From NCBI GenBank assembly GCA_034189325.1, contig JAXHUM010000010.1, forward strand, positions 27,484 to 55,156: a stretch of DNA of 27,673 nt, written 5' to 3'. This DNA comes from Thermodesulfobacteriota bacterium. GTDB taxonomy: Bacteria > Desulfobacterota > DSM-4660 > Desulfatiglandales > Desulfatiglandaceae. Shown one piece after another: positions 8,960 through 16,246 of the stretch; positions within the stretch are counted from its first letter, which is position 1, and each line of letters starts with the position of its first letter. The position numbers and the translations under genes were made by a program. Under the pieces are notes generated by a model. It was not told the origin of the DNA. It was given only the letters and a program-made list of their open reading frames with translations, and searched no databases.

Positions 8960-9204
8960 GAAAAATCCCCGGACCGAAGCAAATCGATCCGGGGATTTCC
9001 CTTTTTATCCTCGAAATCGTCAGGCAACCTCTGTCCGCGTAGGTCACCGCTCTCTTTGTTCAGGCAGGTCTTCTGACTTTCGGATCATCCTACTAGCCGC
9101 GCCTTCCCATCTGTTTTGTAACAGACACTGGCACAATGCTGCTTTCGTCCCCGATCACAGCGGCGGGCCCGTCCCCGAATTGAACGGGGTTCCCTATTAA
9201 GCTC
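8960..9204 (-). ncRNA. Cobalamin riboswitch, copy 2, with terminator. It is the leader of the receiver-domain gene.
   Basis: Same conserved blocks as copy 1 (AGGGAACCCCGUUCAAUUCGGGGACGGGCCCGCCGCUGUGAUCGGGGACGAA...AGUCAGAAGACCUGCCUG). Terminator hairpin is the complement of 8965-8996, followed by only 5 U. The middle stems are diverged relative to copies 1 and 3. Confidence 0.85.
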
Positions 9205-9235
9205 CATCAGGAGCGCCTGAACAGATTTTATATCC

Positions 9236-9263
9236 AGTTTAGTAAACCACGGAATTGTGTCAA
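9236..9263 (-). promoter_or_regulatory. Candidate sigma-70 promoter for riboswitch 2
   Basis: Minus strand TTGACA (complement of 9258-9263), a 16-nt spacer, then TAAACT (complement of 9236-9241). The position relative to the aptamer is the same as for copy 1. Confidence 0.35.
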
Positions 9264-9366
9264 GAGAAAAATAGTTGAGTAGCCTGGTTGCCCAATGCCT
9301 GCGCGCCGTCACGCTTTGTGGTATTCTCAAACATTCCTGAAACCCCTACCTGTTCCCTTTACGCGG

Positions 9367-9564
9367 TCAGTTCAGAGATGGCGGAATCACAAAATGCTTC
9401 CGGGTCCGAGAGGCATGGGGCATGTCATCCATCCTGCTCAGGGCCAGGACATCCGCCTTCTTTTGGATCCATCTCTCATATTCTCTTGAGATACTCGGAT
9501 CGTAAAAGATGAGGACTTCCCCAAGGTACTTCAATTCTTCACTGATTCGCCAATACTGGTGCAT
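9367..9564 (-). CDS. 65-aa hypothetical small protein downstream of B12 riboswitch copy 3
   Basis: MHQYWRISEELKYLGEVLIFYDPSISREYERWIQKK.... Near-consensus SD AAGGAGGT sits 6 nt before the ATG. About 155 nt downstream of the riboswitch 3 terminator. No recognisable domain. Confidence 0.4.
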   Translation of the reverse strand: MHQYWRISEELKYLGEVLIFYDPSISREYERWIQKKADVLALSRMDDMPHASRTRKHFVIPPSLN

Positions 9565-9719
9565 AACAACCTCCTTCCTTGTCTGTGAGCATCTGAACAG
9601 GGCGGAAAGACGGAGCCCTTATGAGCCTTGATCGTCCCTATCTGTTTCTCACTATTCAGATTCCATGGGTCGATCCGGTGTTTATCTCTTTTTGGTCCTA
9701 TGGCGAAGCAGGGGACCAA

Positions 9720-9965
9720 ATAAAAAATCCCCGGACCGAAATGAATCGATCCGGGGATTTCCCTTTTTTATCCTCAAGATCCTACGGCTTCCCTCAGTCC
9801 GCGGAGGTTGGCCATCGTTATCCAGGCAGGTCTTCTGACTCTTGGATCATCCTACGTGCCGCGCCTTCCCATCCGTTTTAAACGGCCAGTGGCTTCAGGC
9901 GGCTTTCGTCCCCAATCACAGCGGCGGGTCCGTCCCCGAATTCAACGGGGTTCCCTATTAAGCTC
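9720..9965 (-). ncRNA. Cobalamin riboswitch, copy 3, with terminator
   Basis: Shares the conserved blocks. The expression platform (complement of 9722-9810) is virtually identical to copy 1. Hairpin is the complement of 9727-9759, followed by a U6 tract. A small palindromic hairpin GCUCACAUGAGC lies immediately 5' of the aptamer. Confidence 0.85.
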
Positions 9966-9986
9966 ATGTGAGCACCTGTTCTGAGA

Positions 9987-10016
9987 AAAAGTAGATCAAA
10001 TAAACAGAGGTGTCAA
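9987..10016 (-). promoter_or_regulatory. Candidate promoter for riboswitch 3
   Basis: Minus strand TTGACA (complement of 10011-10016), a 17-nt spacer, then a weak -10 TACTTT. Confidence 0.3.
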
Positions 10017-10102
10017 TGCCAAAACCACTCGTACCGAGATTTACACTCATTCAAGTTGGGGTTCTCTTCTTCAGATCAAGAATGATGCGCCTGTTTTTAC
10101 CT

Positions 10103-10131
10103 TGACAATAAAATATGGTTATATCTACATA
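10103..10131 (+). promoter_or_regulatory. Candidate sigma-70 promoter for the ABC-transporter operon, divergent from riboswitch 3
   Basis: TTGACA at 10103-10108, followed by an AT-rich spacer and TATATC/TATCTA-like -10 candidates. An AT-rich tract with an ATATCTA direct repeat follows. Confidence 0.3.
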
Positions 10132-10222
10132 TCTATATATATACACACTTGTATTTCTAGGTAAATCCGGATGGATCCGACTAACCGCTATCTCCTTTTA
10201 CGCTTAGGAATCCAGGATCGAT

Positions 10223-11125
10223 ATGAAACTTTGGCACCTATTTCAGATAACTCCTCAGCGAACACAAATGGAAGATCCCGGCCTTTCTCATGCTTCTGAT
10301 GAGTTTCCGGTCCCTCCTCGGAAGGCAGAAATGTTTTTGAGATCGACCATGATTGGCGTCCTCTCTATCCTCCTGATTCTCGTGGCCTGGCACCTGGTGG
10401 CCCTGATGGTGATCACTCTTAGACAAACGCCCTTTCCAACCCCCTGGGAGGTCTTGGAGCGCTTCGTACGGTTGTTGTCGGGCCATCCTCTTTACAACAA
10501 GGGGATTGAGGAGCATCTGGTCATGAGTCTGAGTCGGTGGGGCATCGGTTATCTTCTGTCGGTGATAACAGGCCTTTTGGTTGGAATGCTTCTGGGTGCC
10601 TATCGTCGCCTGCACTCCCTTTTGATGCCTGCAATTATCGTCCTCCAATTGATTCCCGGAATGGCCTGGATCCCTATTGCCATGCTCCTGTTCGGCCTTG
10701 GGGAGGAGACCACAATATTCATTATTTTCGTGACCGCCCTGCCTCCCATTATCATCGACACAACGGCCGGGATTCGGATGGTACCGAAAATCTATATCAA
10801 GGTAGCCCGGATGGTCGGCCTGAGACAGGGTGAGCTCTTTTTTCGAGTCCTGATGCCGGCGGCCCTTGTTCCGATTATCAATGGACTGCGCATCGGTTTT
10901 GCCAATGGGTGGCGTGTTCTTATTGCCGCGGAAATGATCGTGGGCGTATCAATAGGATTGGGGTATTCATTGATCCAGGCGAGATGGTCCATCGATTTTG
11001 AGGCCGCCCTTGTCTGTATTGTGATTATCTGTATTTTTGGTCTGATTATGGAAAAGGGCCTCTTCGCCCTAATCGAGCAGAGGGTTATGGCGCGCCAGGG
11101 GCTTGTAAAGGATGTCCTCACATGA
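10223..11125 (+). CDS. ABC transporter permease, NitT/TauT (SsuC/TauC/ThiX-like) family
   Basis: Six hydrophobic segments. Binding-protein-dependent permease fold (…IAAEMIVGVSIGLGYSLIQA…). The first ATG gives 300 aa. The true start may be the internal ATG at 10331 (MFLRSTMIGV…, 264 aa), which fits the family size better. 4-nt ATGA overlap with the ATPase gene. Confidence 0.8.
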   Translation: MKLWHLFQITPQRTQMEDPGLSHASDEFPVPPRKAEMFLRSTMIGVLSILLILVAWHLVALMVITLRQTPFPTPWEVLERFVRLLSGHPLYNKGIEEHLVMSLSRWGIGYLLSVITGLLVGMLLGAYRRLHSLLMPAIIVLQLIPGMAWIPIAMLLFGLGEETTIFIIFVTALPPIIIDTTAGIRMVPKIYIKVARMVGLRQGELFFRVLMPAALVPIINGLRIGFANGWRVLIAAEMIVGVSIGLGYSLIQARWSIDFEAALVCIVIICIFGLIMEKGLFALIEQRVMARQGLVKDVLT

Positions 11126-11907
11126 TCGTTGAATGCCGCGATATTTCAAAAATCTATCTCTACCCAAAGGAGCACATGGGCAGGTATGCCCTGAGAGATG
11201 TGACTATCTCTGTGGAGGAAAAGGAGTTCGTCTGTATTATCGGTCCAAACGGTTGTGGAAAGAGCACATTGCTCCACATGATCGCAGGTCTTGAAAAACC
11301 CACTCAAGGCCGAATCCTGGTCCATGGAAGACCACTCAATGGACCGTCTCCCAACCGTGGGGTTGTTTTTCAGGAACCCAGCCTTTTTCCGTGGCAAAGC
11401 GTTCTTGGAAACATTGGGTTTGGCCTCAAGGCCCAGGGAGTCCCGAGGCGTGACCGTGATAAGATATCCAGACATTATCTTGATCTGGTGGGCCTGAGAG
11501 GGTTCGACCATGCCAGACCTCATGAACTGTCCGGAGGAATGAGACAAAAGGCCGCCATTGCACGGACATTGGCGCTGGAACCTGATATTCTCCTTATGGA
11601 TGAACCTTTTGGTTCGTTGGATGAGCAGACAAAATTGAGACTCGATGTTGAGCTCCTCAACATCTGGAAGGAGGAAAAAAGGACGGTAATTTTTGTCACT
11701 CACTCTATTGAGGAGGCGATTTTGTTGGCCGACCGGATTGTCCTCTTAACCGAGCGACCCGGGACCATTCAAAAACAGCTGATTTTGTCCATGCCCAGAC
11801 CGAGGAACCTGTTTGACCCGGGAGTATCGAAGATCAGACAAGATCTCCTGGAACATTTGATCCCTGATTGTCCGACGGTCAATCAGGGTATTTCAGAGGA
11901 AGCATGA
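11122..11907 (+). CDS. ABC transporter ATP-binding protein (NitT/TauT family)
   Basis: Walker A GPNGCGKST, ABC signature LSGGMRQKAAIARTL, Walker B LLMDEPFGSLD, H-loop VTHS. Confidence 0.9.
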   Translation: MIVECRDISKIYLYPKEHMGRYALRDVTISVEEKEFVCIIGPNGCGKSTLLHMIAGLEKPTQGRILVHGRPLNGPSPNRGVVFQEPSLFPWQSVLGNIGFGLKAQGVPRRDRDKISRHYLDLVGLRGFDHARPHELSGGMRQKAAIARTLALEPDILLMDEPFGSLDEQTKLRLDVELLNIWKEEKRTVIFVTHSIEEAILLADRIVLLTERPGTIQKQLILSMPRPRNLFDPGVSKIRQDLLEHLIPDCPTVNQGISEEA

Positions 11908-11910
11908 GGT

Positions 11911-13005
11911 ATGCGGAAAGACATTGAGCATTCAGAGACGGACAAGCAGGTGCGTCGTCTCACACGAAAAGAGAAGATAGAGACCTTCAGAAAGGCGCGA
12001 AAGAGGAGAAACCGAATTATCAGAGACATACTGATGGTCGTTCCCGTGGTCGTGGGTGTGGGGCTGGGCATTATTCTTTATCAGGGTGTCAGGGAAAAAG
12101 AGAAAAGCAGAGAGAGTATTGTCTTTGCCTTTCAAGACCGCGTTGCGGACGCCCTTCCCATTGTGGCGGTCGAGAAAGGCTTTTTCAAGGCAGAGGGGCT
12201 GGATATCACGGCACGCGTGTTTTGCAGCGGCCCGGAATGCACCGAGGCCCTTATTTCCGGTGGTGCCACTTTCGGGACCATGGGTGATACCACGGCTGTT
12301 ATTCTCCTTTCCAGGAGAGCGGATGCCTTTAAAATCATCTGCTCCCACGGCGGCGGTGAAAAACGCCATAGGATCGTTGTTTCGGACAAGAGCGAAATAA
12401 GGAGCATTACCGGTCTCGAGGCAAAGAAAATAGGCGTCAAGAAGGGGACCTCCACACATGGAGGCCTTCTGAGGTTCGCCCGGAAACATGGCCTTGACCT
12501 GAGAGACTCCATTGTGGATATGTCTCCCTCTCTTCAGCTCACGGCCCTGGCGACAGGAGAATTAGACGCTATTGTGGCCAGTGAACCGACACCGTCACAG
12601 GCCGAAGAAGGAGGGTTCGGCAGGCCCCTGGCAACGCTTGAAGGCCTTGGAAACAGCTATCCCGTACTGCTGGCCGTAAAGGCCTGTTTTGCTCAAAAGC
12701 ATCCGGACGTTGTGGCAAAAGTCCTCCGTGCCCTTAATCGGGCCGAGGACTTCGTTGAGGGCCATTGGGATGAAGCCGCTGTCATTCAATCAGAGATCAA
12801 TGGGCTGGGACCCGAAGTCATAAAAAGGGCCATGGGATTTCATTCCTATTCTGTTTCATTGGACAGCAAAATCCGGAAAAGCCTGATGGCTTCGGCGCAG
12901 TTCCTTAAGACAAATGGGACTATAGACCAAATGCCCGATTTTGACGTTGCCCTGGCCCCCTCTTATCTTATGCAGGCTAGTGAAGGGGCAAGGCGTGGCG
13001 AATGA
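11911..13005 (+). CDS. ABC transporter substrate-binding protein, NMT1/THI5/SsuA-like. Membrane-anchored, with a very basic N-terminal extension.
   Basis: 364 aa. TM anchor MVVPVVVGVGLGIILY preceded by KQVRRLTRKEKIETFRKARKRRNRIIRD. The periplasmic domain has the typical two-lobe SBP pattern. It is last in a permease-ATPase-SBP operon. Confidence 0.75.
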   Translation: MRKDIEHSETDKQVRRLTRKEKIETFRKARKRRNRIIRDILMVVPVVVGVGLGIILYQGVREKEKSRESIVFAFQDRVADALPIVAVEKGFFKAEGLDITARVFCSGPECTEALISGGATFGTMGDTTAVILLSRRADAFKIICSHGGGEKRHRIVVSDKSEIRSITGLEAKKIGVKKGTSTHGGLLRFARKHGLDLRDSIVDMSPSLQLTALATGELDAIVASEPTPSQAEEGGFGRPLATLEGLGNSYPVLLAVKACFAQKHPDVVAKVLRALNRAEDFVEGHWDEAAVIQSEINGLGPEVIKRAMGFHSYSVSLDSKIRKSLMASAQFLKTNGTIDQMPDFDVALAPSYLMQASEGARRGE

Positions 13006-13143
13006 CGACAGAGCAGTCAAAAGCCGATGGATAGCCGATAGAAATTTCCATTCCTTGATCCACTCGGATCGAAGAGGGCAGGCAGGACACAAGAGTGTGT
13101 GGAATAAATCGGGGAAATGGTTTAATGTTATAGAAGGTTTGAG

Positions 13144-13515
13144 GTGAACATGGATAGTCCTGAACAAAGAAACAAGAACAAGGGGACATTGCCCCTGATT
13201 TTAGAGCGGGCGCCTGAGGACGGCATATGCTGCAGTACCGATGAGTGCGCCAACATGATGAGGGTCCTGGGTGATACAAATCGCCTGCAGATTATTCGTT
13301 CTCTCATTGCCGGACCCAAGAACGTCAGCCAGATATCCGAAGCCACCCATTTGCATCCTCAAAGGGTGTCCCATCATCTTAGCCCCATGCGATTGGCCGG
13401 TTTGGTGCTGGGTGAGCGGCATGGTCGGAATATCATTTATAGGATCAGCCCCAAAATCGCATGCGAACAGGGGTTGGATCTCGGGTGTTGCTCTATTGTT
13501 TTTCGGGCGTTTTAA
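13144..13515 (+). CDS. ArsR/SmtB-family metalloregulatory transcriptional repressor
   Basis: 123 aa. Winged-HTH core LGDTNRLQIIRSLIAGPKNVSQISEATHLHPQRVSHHLSPMRLAGLV. Cys cluster CCSTDEC just before helix alpha-1, the typical position of metal/metalloid-sensing sites. Confidence 0.85.
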   Translation: MNMDSPEQRNKNKGTLPLILERAPEDGICCSTDECANMMRVLGDTNRLQIIRSLIAGPKNVSQISEATHLHPQRVSHHLSPMRLAGLVLGERHGRNIIYRISPKIACEQGLDLGCCSIVFRAF

Positions 13516-13951
13516 CGCTCTGATACGGCGAATCAGTCTGTCTATCCAATGGCCAAACAACTAAGAAGAAATTTCCATGGTAGATCAAAGCGCCAAGGGT
13601 AACCATGCCTTTCTTTCGCACTTCGAGACCAGGGTGGCGTCTCAGGAATTCTTTTGCAGGAGATCTTCTTGGTCGTGATATCGATTGATACCGGACCGTT
13701 GATCTGTCTCAGCACTTTTTGCTTGCAGCACACACCGCACTCCTTTAAACTTGAAAAGATAGCGAATAAATCCTTGTTTATTTAGTATCCATCCTTAACG
13801 GGCCTTTTTGCCGGTCTCTACGTTATGCGAAAACAGTCCTCGGCACATGAAAAATGCGCCTCCGGCAAGTTTTTGCGCGTGCCTGGATCTTAAACTAAAA
13901 CCTTCATATATGAGTCTGAAGTCCAAATCCAATTTGAAAAAGGGGGGGAAC

Positions 13952-15154
13952 ATGTTTTTTGAGCTTTCGGAGAAATCAAAGGAACTGAGTGAGCGTCTCG
14001 GGTCGTTTATGGACACTTATATTTACCCCAACGAGGGAGTGTTCAGAGAACAGGTAGAGGAGGGGGATCGATGGGCTCCCGTGCCTATCATGAAGGAGCT
14101 CAAACAAAAGGCTCGTGAGCAGGGCTTGTGGAACCTTTTCTTACCGGAGAGCGAATACGGCGCCGGATTGACCAACTATGAATATGCATCGCTTTGTGAA
14201 ATCATGGGCCGCTCTCCCATAGCGCCGGAAGTCTTTAACTGTTCAGCCCCTGATACGGGCAACATGGAGGTCCTTGCCCGGTACGGCAACGAGGAACAAA
14301 AGGAGCAATGGCTCAAACCTTTGCTAGCCGGTGAGATAAGGTCCGCCTTTTGTATGACAGAGCCGGACGTGGCCTCATCGGATGCAAGGAACATTCAGGC
14401 AAGCATTGTTCAAGAGGGCGATGAATATGTGATTAACGGCCACAAGTGGTGGGCATCTGGCGCAGGAGACCCCAGGTGTAAAATTTTTATTTTCATGGGA
14501 AAGACCGACCCTGACGGACCTGCCTACAGGCAACAGTCTATGGTCTTGATACCACGGGATACGCCTGGCATAACCCTTACGAGATCTCTATCCGTGTTCG
14601 GATACGACCACGCGCCGCACGGGCATGGGCAGATCGTATTTAAGAACGTTCGCGTTCCCACCTCCAACATAATACTCGGGGAAGGAAGGGGTTTTGAGAT
14701 CGCCCAGGGACGCCTTGGTCCCGGTCGCATCCACCATTGCATGCGAACCGTTGGCTTGGCCGAACGAGCCCTTGAAGTGCTGTGCAAGCGCGCAAGGTCC
14801 CGAGTTGCTTTCAGGAAACCGCTTGTTGAAATGGGGTCAATTCGGCAAGACATCGCCAAATCACGTATTGAAATTGATCAGGCACGACTCCTTACCATGT
14901 ATGCGGCCTACATGATGGACACAGTCGGAAATAAGGCCGCCCGAACGGAAATAGCCATGATCAAGGTGGTTGCGCCGAACATGGCACTCAGGGTCCTGGA
15001 TCGGGCCATTCAGGTCCATGGAGCCAAGGGCGTTTGCGGGGATACCGGCTTGGCTGAGGATTGGGCCTCTGTTCGCACTCTCCGTTTGGCTGATGGGCCG
15101 GACGAAGTCCACTTGGAGACGATCACCAAATTAGAGTTGAATAAGTATAGATGA
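13952..15154 (+). CDS. Acyl-CoA dehydrogenase, ACAD10/ACAD11-like subfamily
   Basis: Best start is ATG 13952 ([12 protein letters not shown]…), preceded by a perfect SD AAGGGGGGG. The track ORF begins earlier at 13808 but lacks an RBS. ACAD motifs …[14 protein letters not shown]…, …[23 protein letters not shown]… (ACAD11-like), and the C-terminal helical domain. Confidence 0.9.
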   Translation: MFFELSEKSKELSERLGSFMDTYIYPNEGVFREQVEEGDRWAPVPIMKELKQKAREQGLWNLFLPESEYGAGLTNYEYASLCEIMGRSPIAPEVFNCSAPDTGNMEVLARYGNEEQKEQWLKPLLAGEIRSAFCMTEPDVASSDARNIQASIVQEGDEYVINGHKWWASGAGDPRCKIFIFMGKTDPDGPAYRQQSMVLIPRDTPGITLTRSLSVFGYDHAPHGHGQIVFKNVRVPTSNIILGEGRGFEIAQGRLGPGRIHHCMRTVGLAERALEVLCKRARSRVAFRKPLVEMGSIRQDIAKSRIEIDQARLLTMYAAYMMDTVGNKAARTEIAMIKVVAPNMALRVLDRAIQVHGAKGVCGDTGLAEDWASVRTLRLADGPDEVHLETITKLELNKYR

Positions 15155-16215
15155 ACTCATCAGAAGAGATTGTTCAAGTGAGGTCCCCCCACCGTTTCGA
15201 TGAAAAGCGGCTTAGTGATTTTCTCAGGAAGGTGATGGATGACCCCCCCGAAGAACTGAGTATTCGGCAGTTTGAATACGGGCAGTCCAATCCGACCTTT
15301 CTACTCTCCGATGGTGATCGGAGATATGTCTTACGAAAAAAGCCGCCGGGAGAACTGCTTCCCTCAGCTCATGCGGTTGATCGCGAATACCGAATCATCA
15401 AAGCCCTTGAGAACACGGATGTGGCGGTCCCCAAGACCCTGCTTCTCTGTGAGGACATTTCGATTATTGGGACCCCTTTCTATGTCATGGATTTCGTCGA
15501 GGGACGGATTTTTCGTGATCCCTATGCAAGCCAAGTCTCCGACCCGAAAGAGCGGACGGCCATCATTGATGCCATGAATGAAATGCTTGCGAAGATCCAT
15601 CTGGTGGACTGGCAGGGGGTGGGCCTTAGTGATTATGGAAAGCCGGGCAATTACATGGCCAGGCAGGTCCACCGATGGACAAAACAGTATGAGGCCTCAA
15701 AGACTGAGAAAATTGAGAGTATTGTGAGTCTTATTCAGTGGCTCCGGAACAACGTTCCGGACGATGATAGCACGACGATTGCGCATGGAGACTATCGTCT
15801 TGAAAACATGGTTATTCATCCGAGCGAACCGCGTGTCCTTGCTGTGCTCGATTGGGAACTGTCCACGCTCGGTCATCCCCTGGCGGATCTTGCTTATAAC
15901 TGTATGGTCTACCATTTGCCCGCAATCGGAGGTAAAGATCTCGGCTATGGAGATAGAGATCTTGAGGCCCTTGGAATACCCCCTGAATCGGATTATATCG
16001 ACGCCTACTGCCGCCGCACCGGTCGGAGTGAGATCTCCGACTGGGAGTTCTTCATAGCTTTTAGCATATTTCGCCTTGTAGTGATCGTGCAGGGCGTTTA
16101 CAAACGTGGATTGAACGGCATTGCCAGTTCCGACAATGCAAGAATTTATGGTAAGCATGTCCGATTTCTATCGGACTTGGCATGGGAAATCGTGTTGAAT
16201 CGAAAAGGCATGTGA
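15151..16215 (+). CDS. Aminoglycoside-phosphotransferase-fold kinase (APH/ACAD10-11 kinase-domain-like)
   Basis: 354 aa. [28 protein letters not shown] (nucleotide-binding Lys region, closely resembling the ACAD10/11 kinase domain), catalytic [12 protein letters not shown], and DWELS. 4-nt ATGA overlap with the ACAD gene. Confidence 0.9.
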   Translation: MNSSEEIVQVRSPHRFDEKRLSDFLRKVMDDPPEELSIRQFEYGQSNPTFLLSDGDRRYVLRKKPPGELLPSAHAVDREYRIIKALENTDVAVPKTLLLCEDISIIGTPFYVMDFVEGRIFRDPYASQVSDPKERTAIIDAMNEMLAKIHLVDWQGVGLSDYGKPGNYMARQVHRWTKQYEASKTEKIESIVSLIQWLRNNVPDDDSTTIAHGDYRLENMVIHPSEPRVLAVLDWELSTLGHPLADLAYNCMVYHLPAIGGKDLGYGDRDLEALGIPPESDYIDAYCRRTGRSEISDWEFFIAFSIFRLVVIVQGVYKRGLNGIASSDNARIYGKHVRFLSDLAWEIVLNRKGM

Positions 16216-16246
16216 CGGGCAAACAACTCAGAATCCCTGACCTGGT

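Larger units (their letters stand above)
7309..9965 (-). repeat. Three dispersed direct copies of a ~250-bp promoter-riboswitch-terminator cassette: 7309-7556, 8960-9204, 9720-9965
   Basis: By-eye alignment shows the first ~85 nt of copies 1 and 3 (terminator plus flanking platform) are essentially identical. Aptamer variable stems carry compensatory differences. Copy 2 is more diverged in the central region. Confidence 0.9.

Noticed and set aside
7309-9965. The ~250-bp triplicated element considered as tmRNA, RNase P RNA, SRP RNA, or a MITE/IS remnant
   Set aside because: No tmRNA, RNase P or SRP signature blocks. No terminal inverted repeats or target-site duplications. The minus strand instead carries the full cobalamin-riboswitch consensus including the B12 box, which explains the conservation.
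10140-10222. AT-rich ATATCTA repeats and GGATGGATCC near the ABC operon start, considered as a regulator binding site or repeat element
   Set aside because: Too short and degenerate to call. It is more simply an AT-rich promoter/UP-element region between divergent promoters.
13595-13625. TGGCGTCTCAGGAATTCTTTTGCA upstream of the ACAD gene as a sigma-54 promoter
   Set aside because: The GG-to-GC spacing is about 19 nt instead of the required ~10-11.
13808-13951. Upstream extension of the acyl-CoA dehydrogenase ORF (track start at 13808)
   Set aside because: There is no RBS at 13808 and the extension is hydrophilic and atypical. ATG 13952 has a perfect SD and gives a canonical ~400-aa ACAD.
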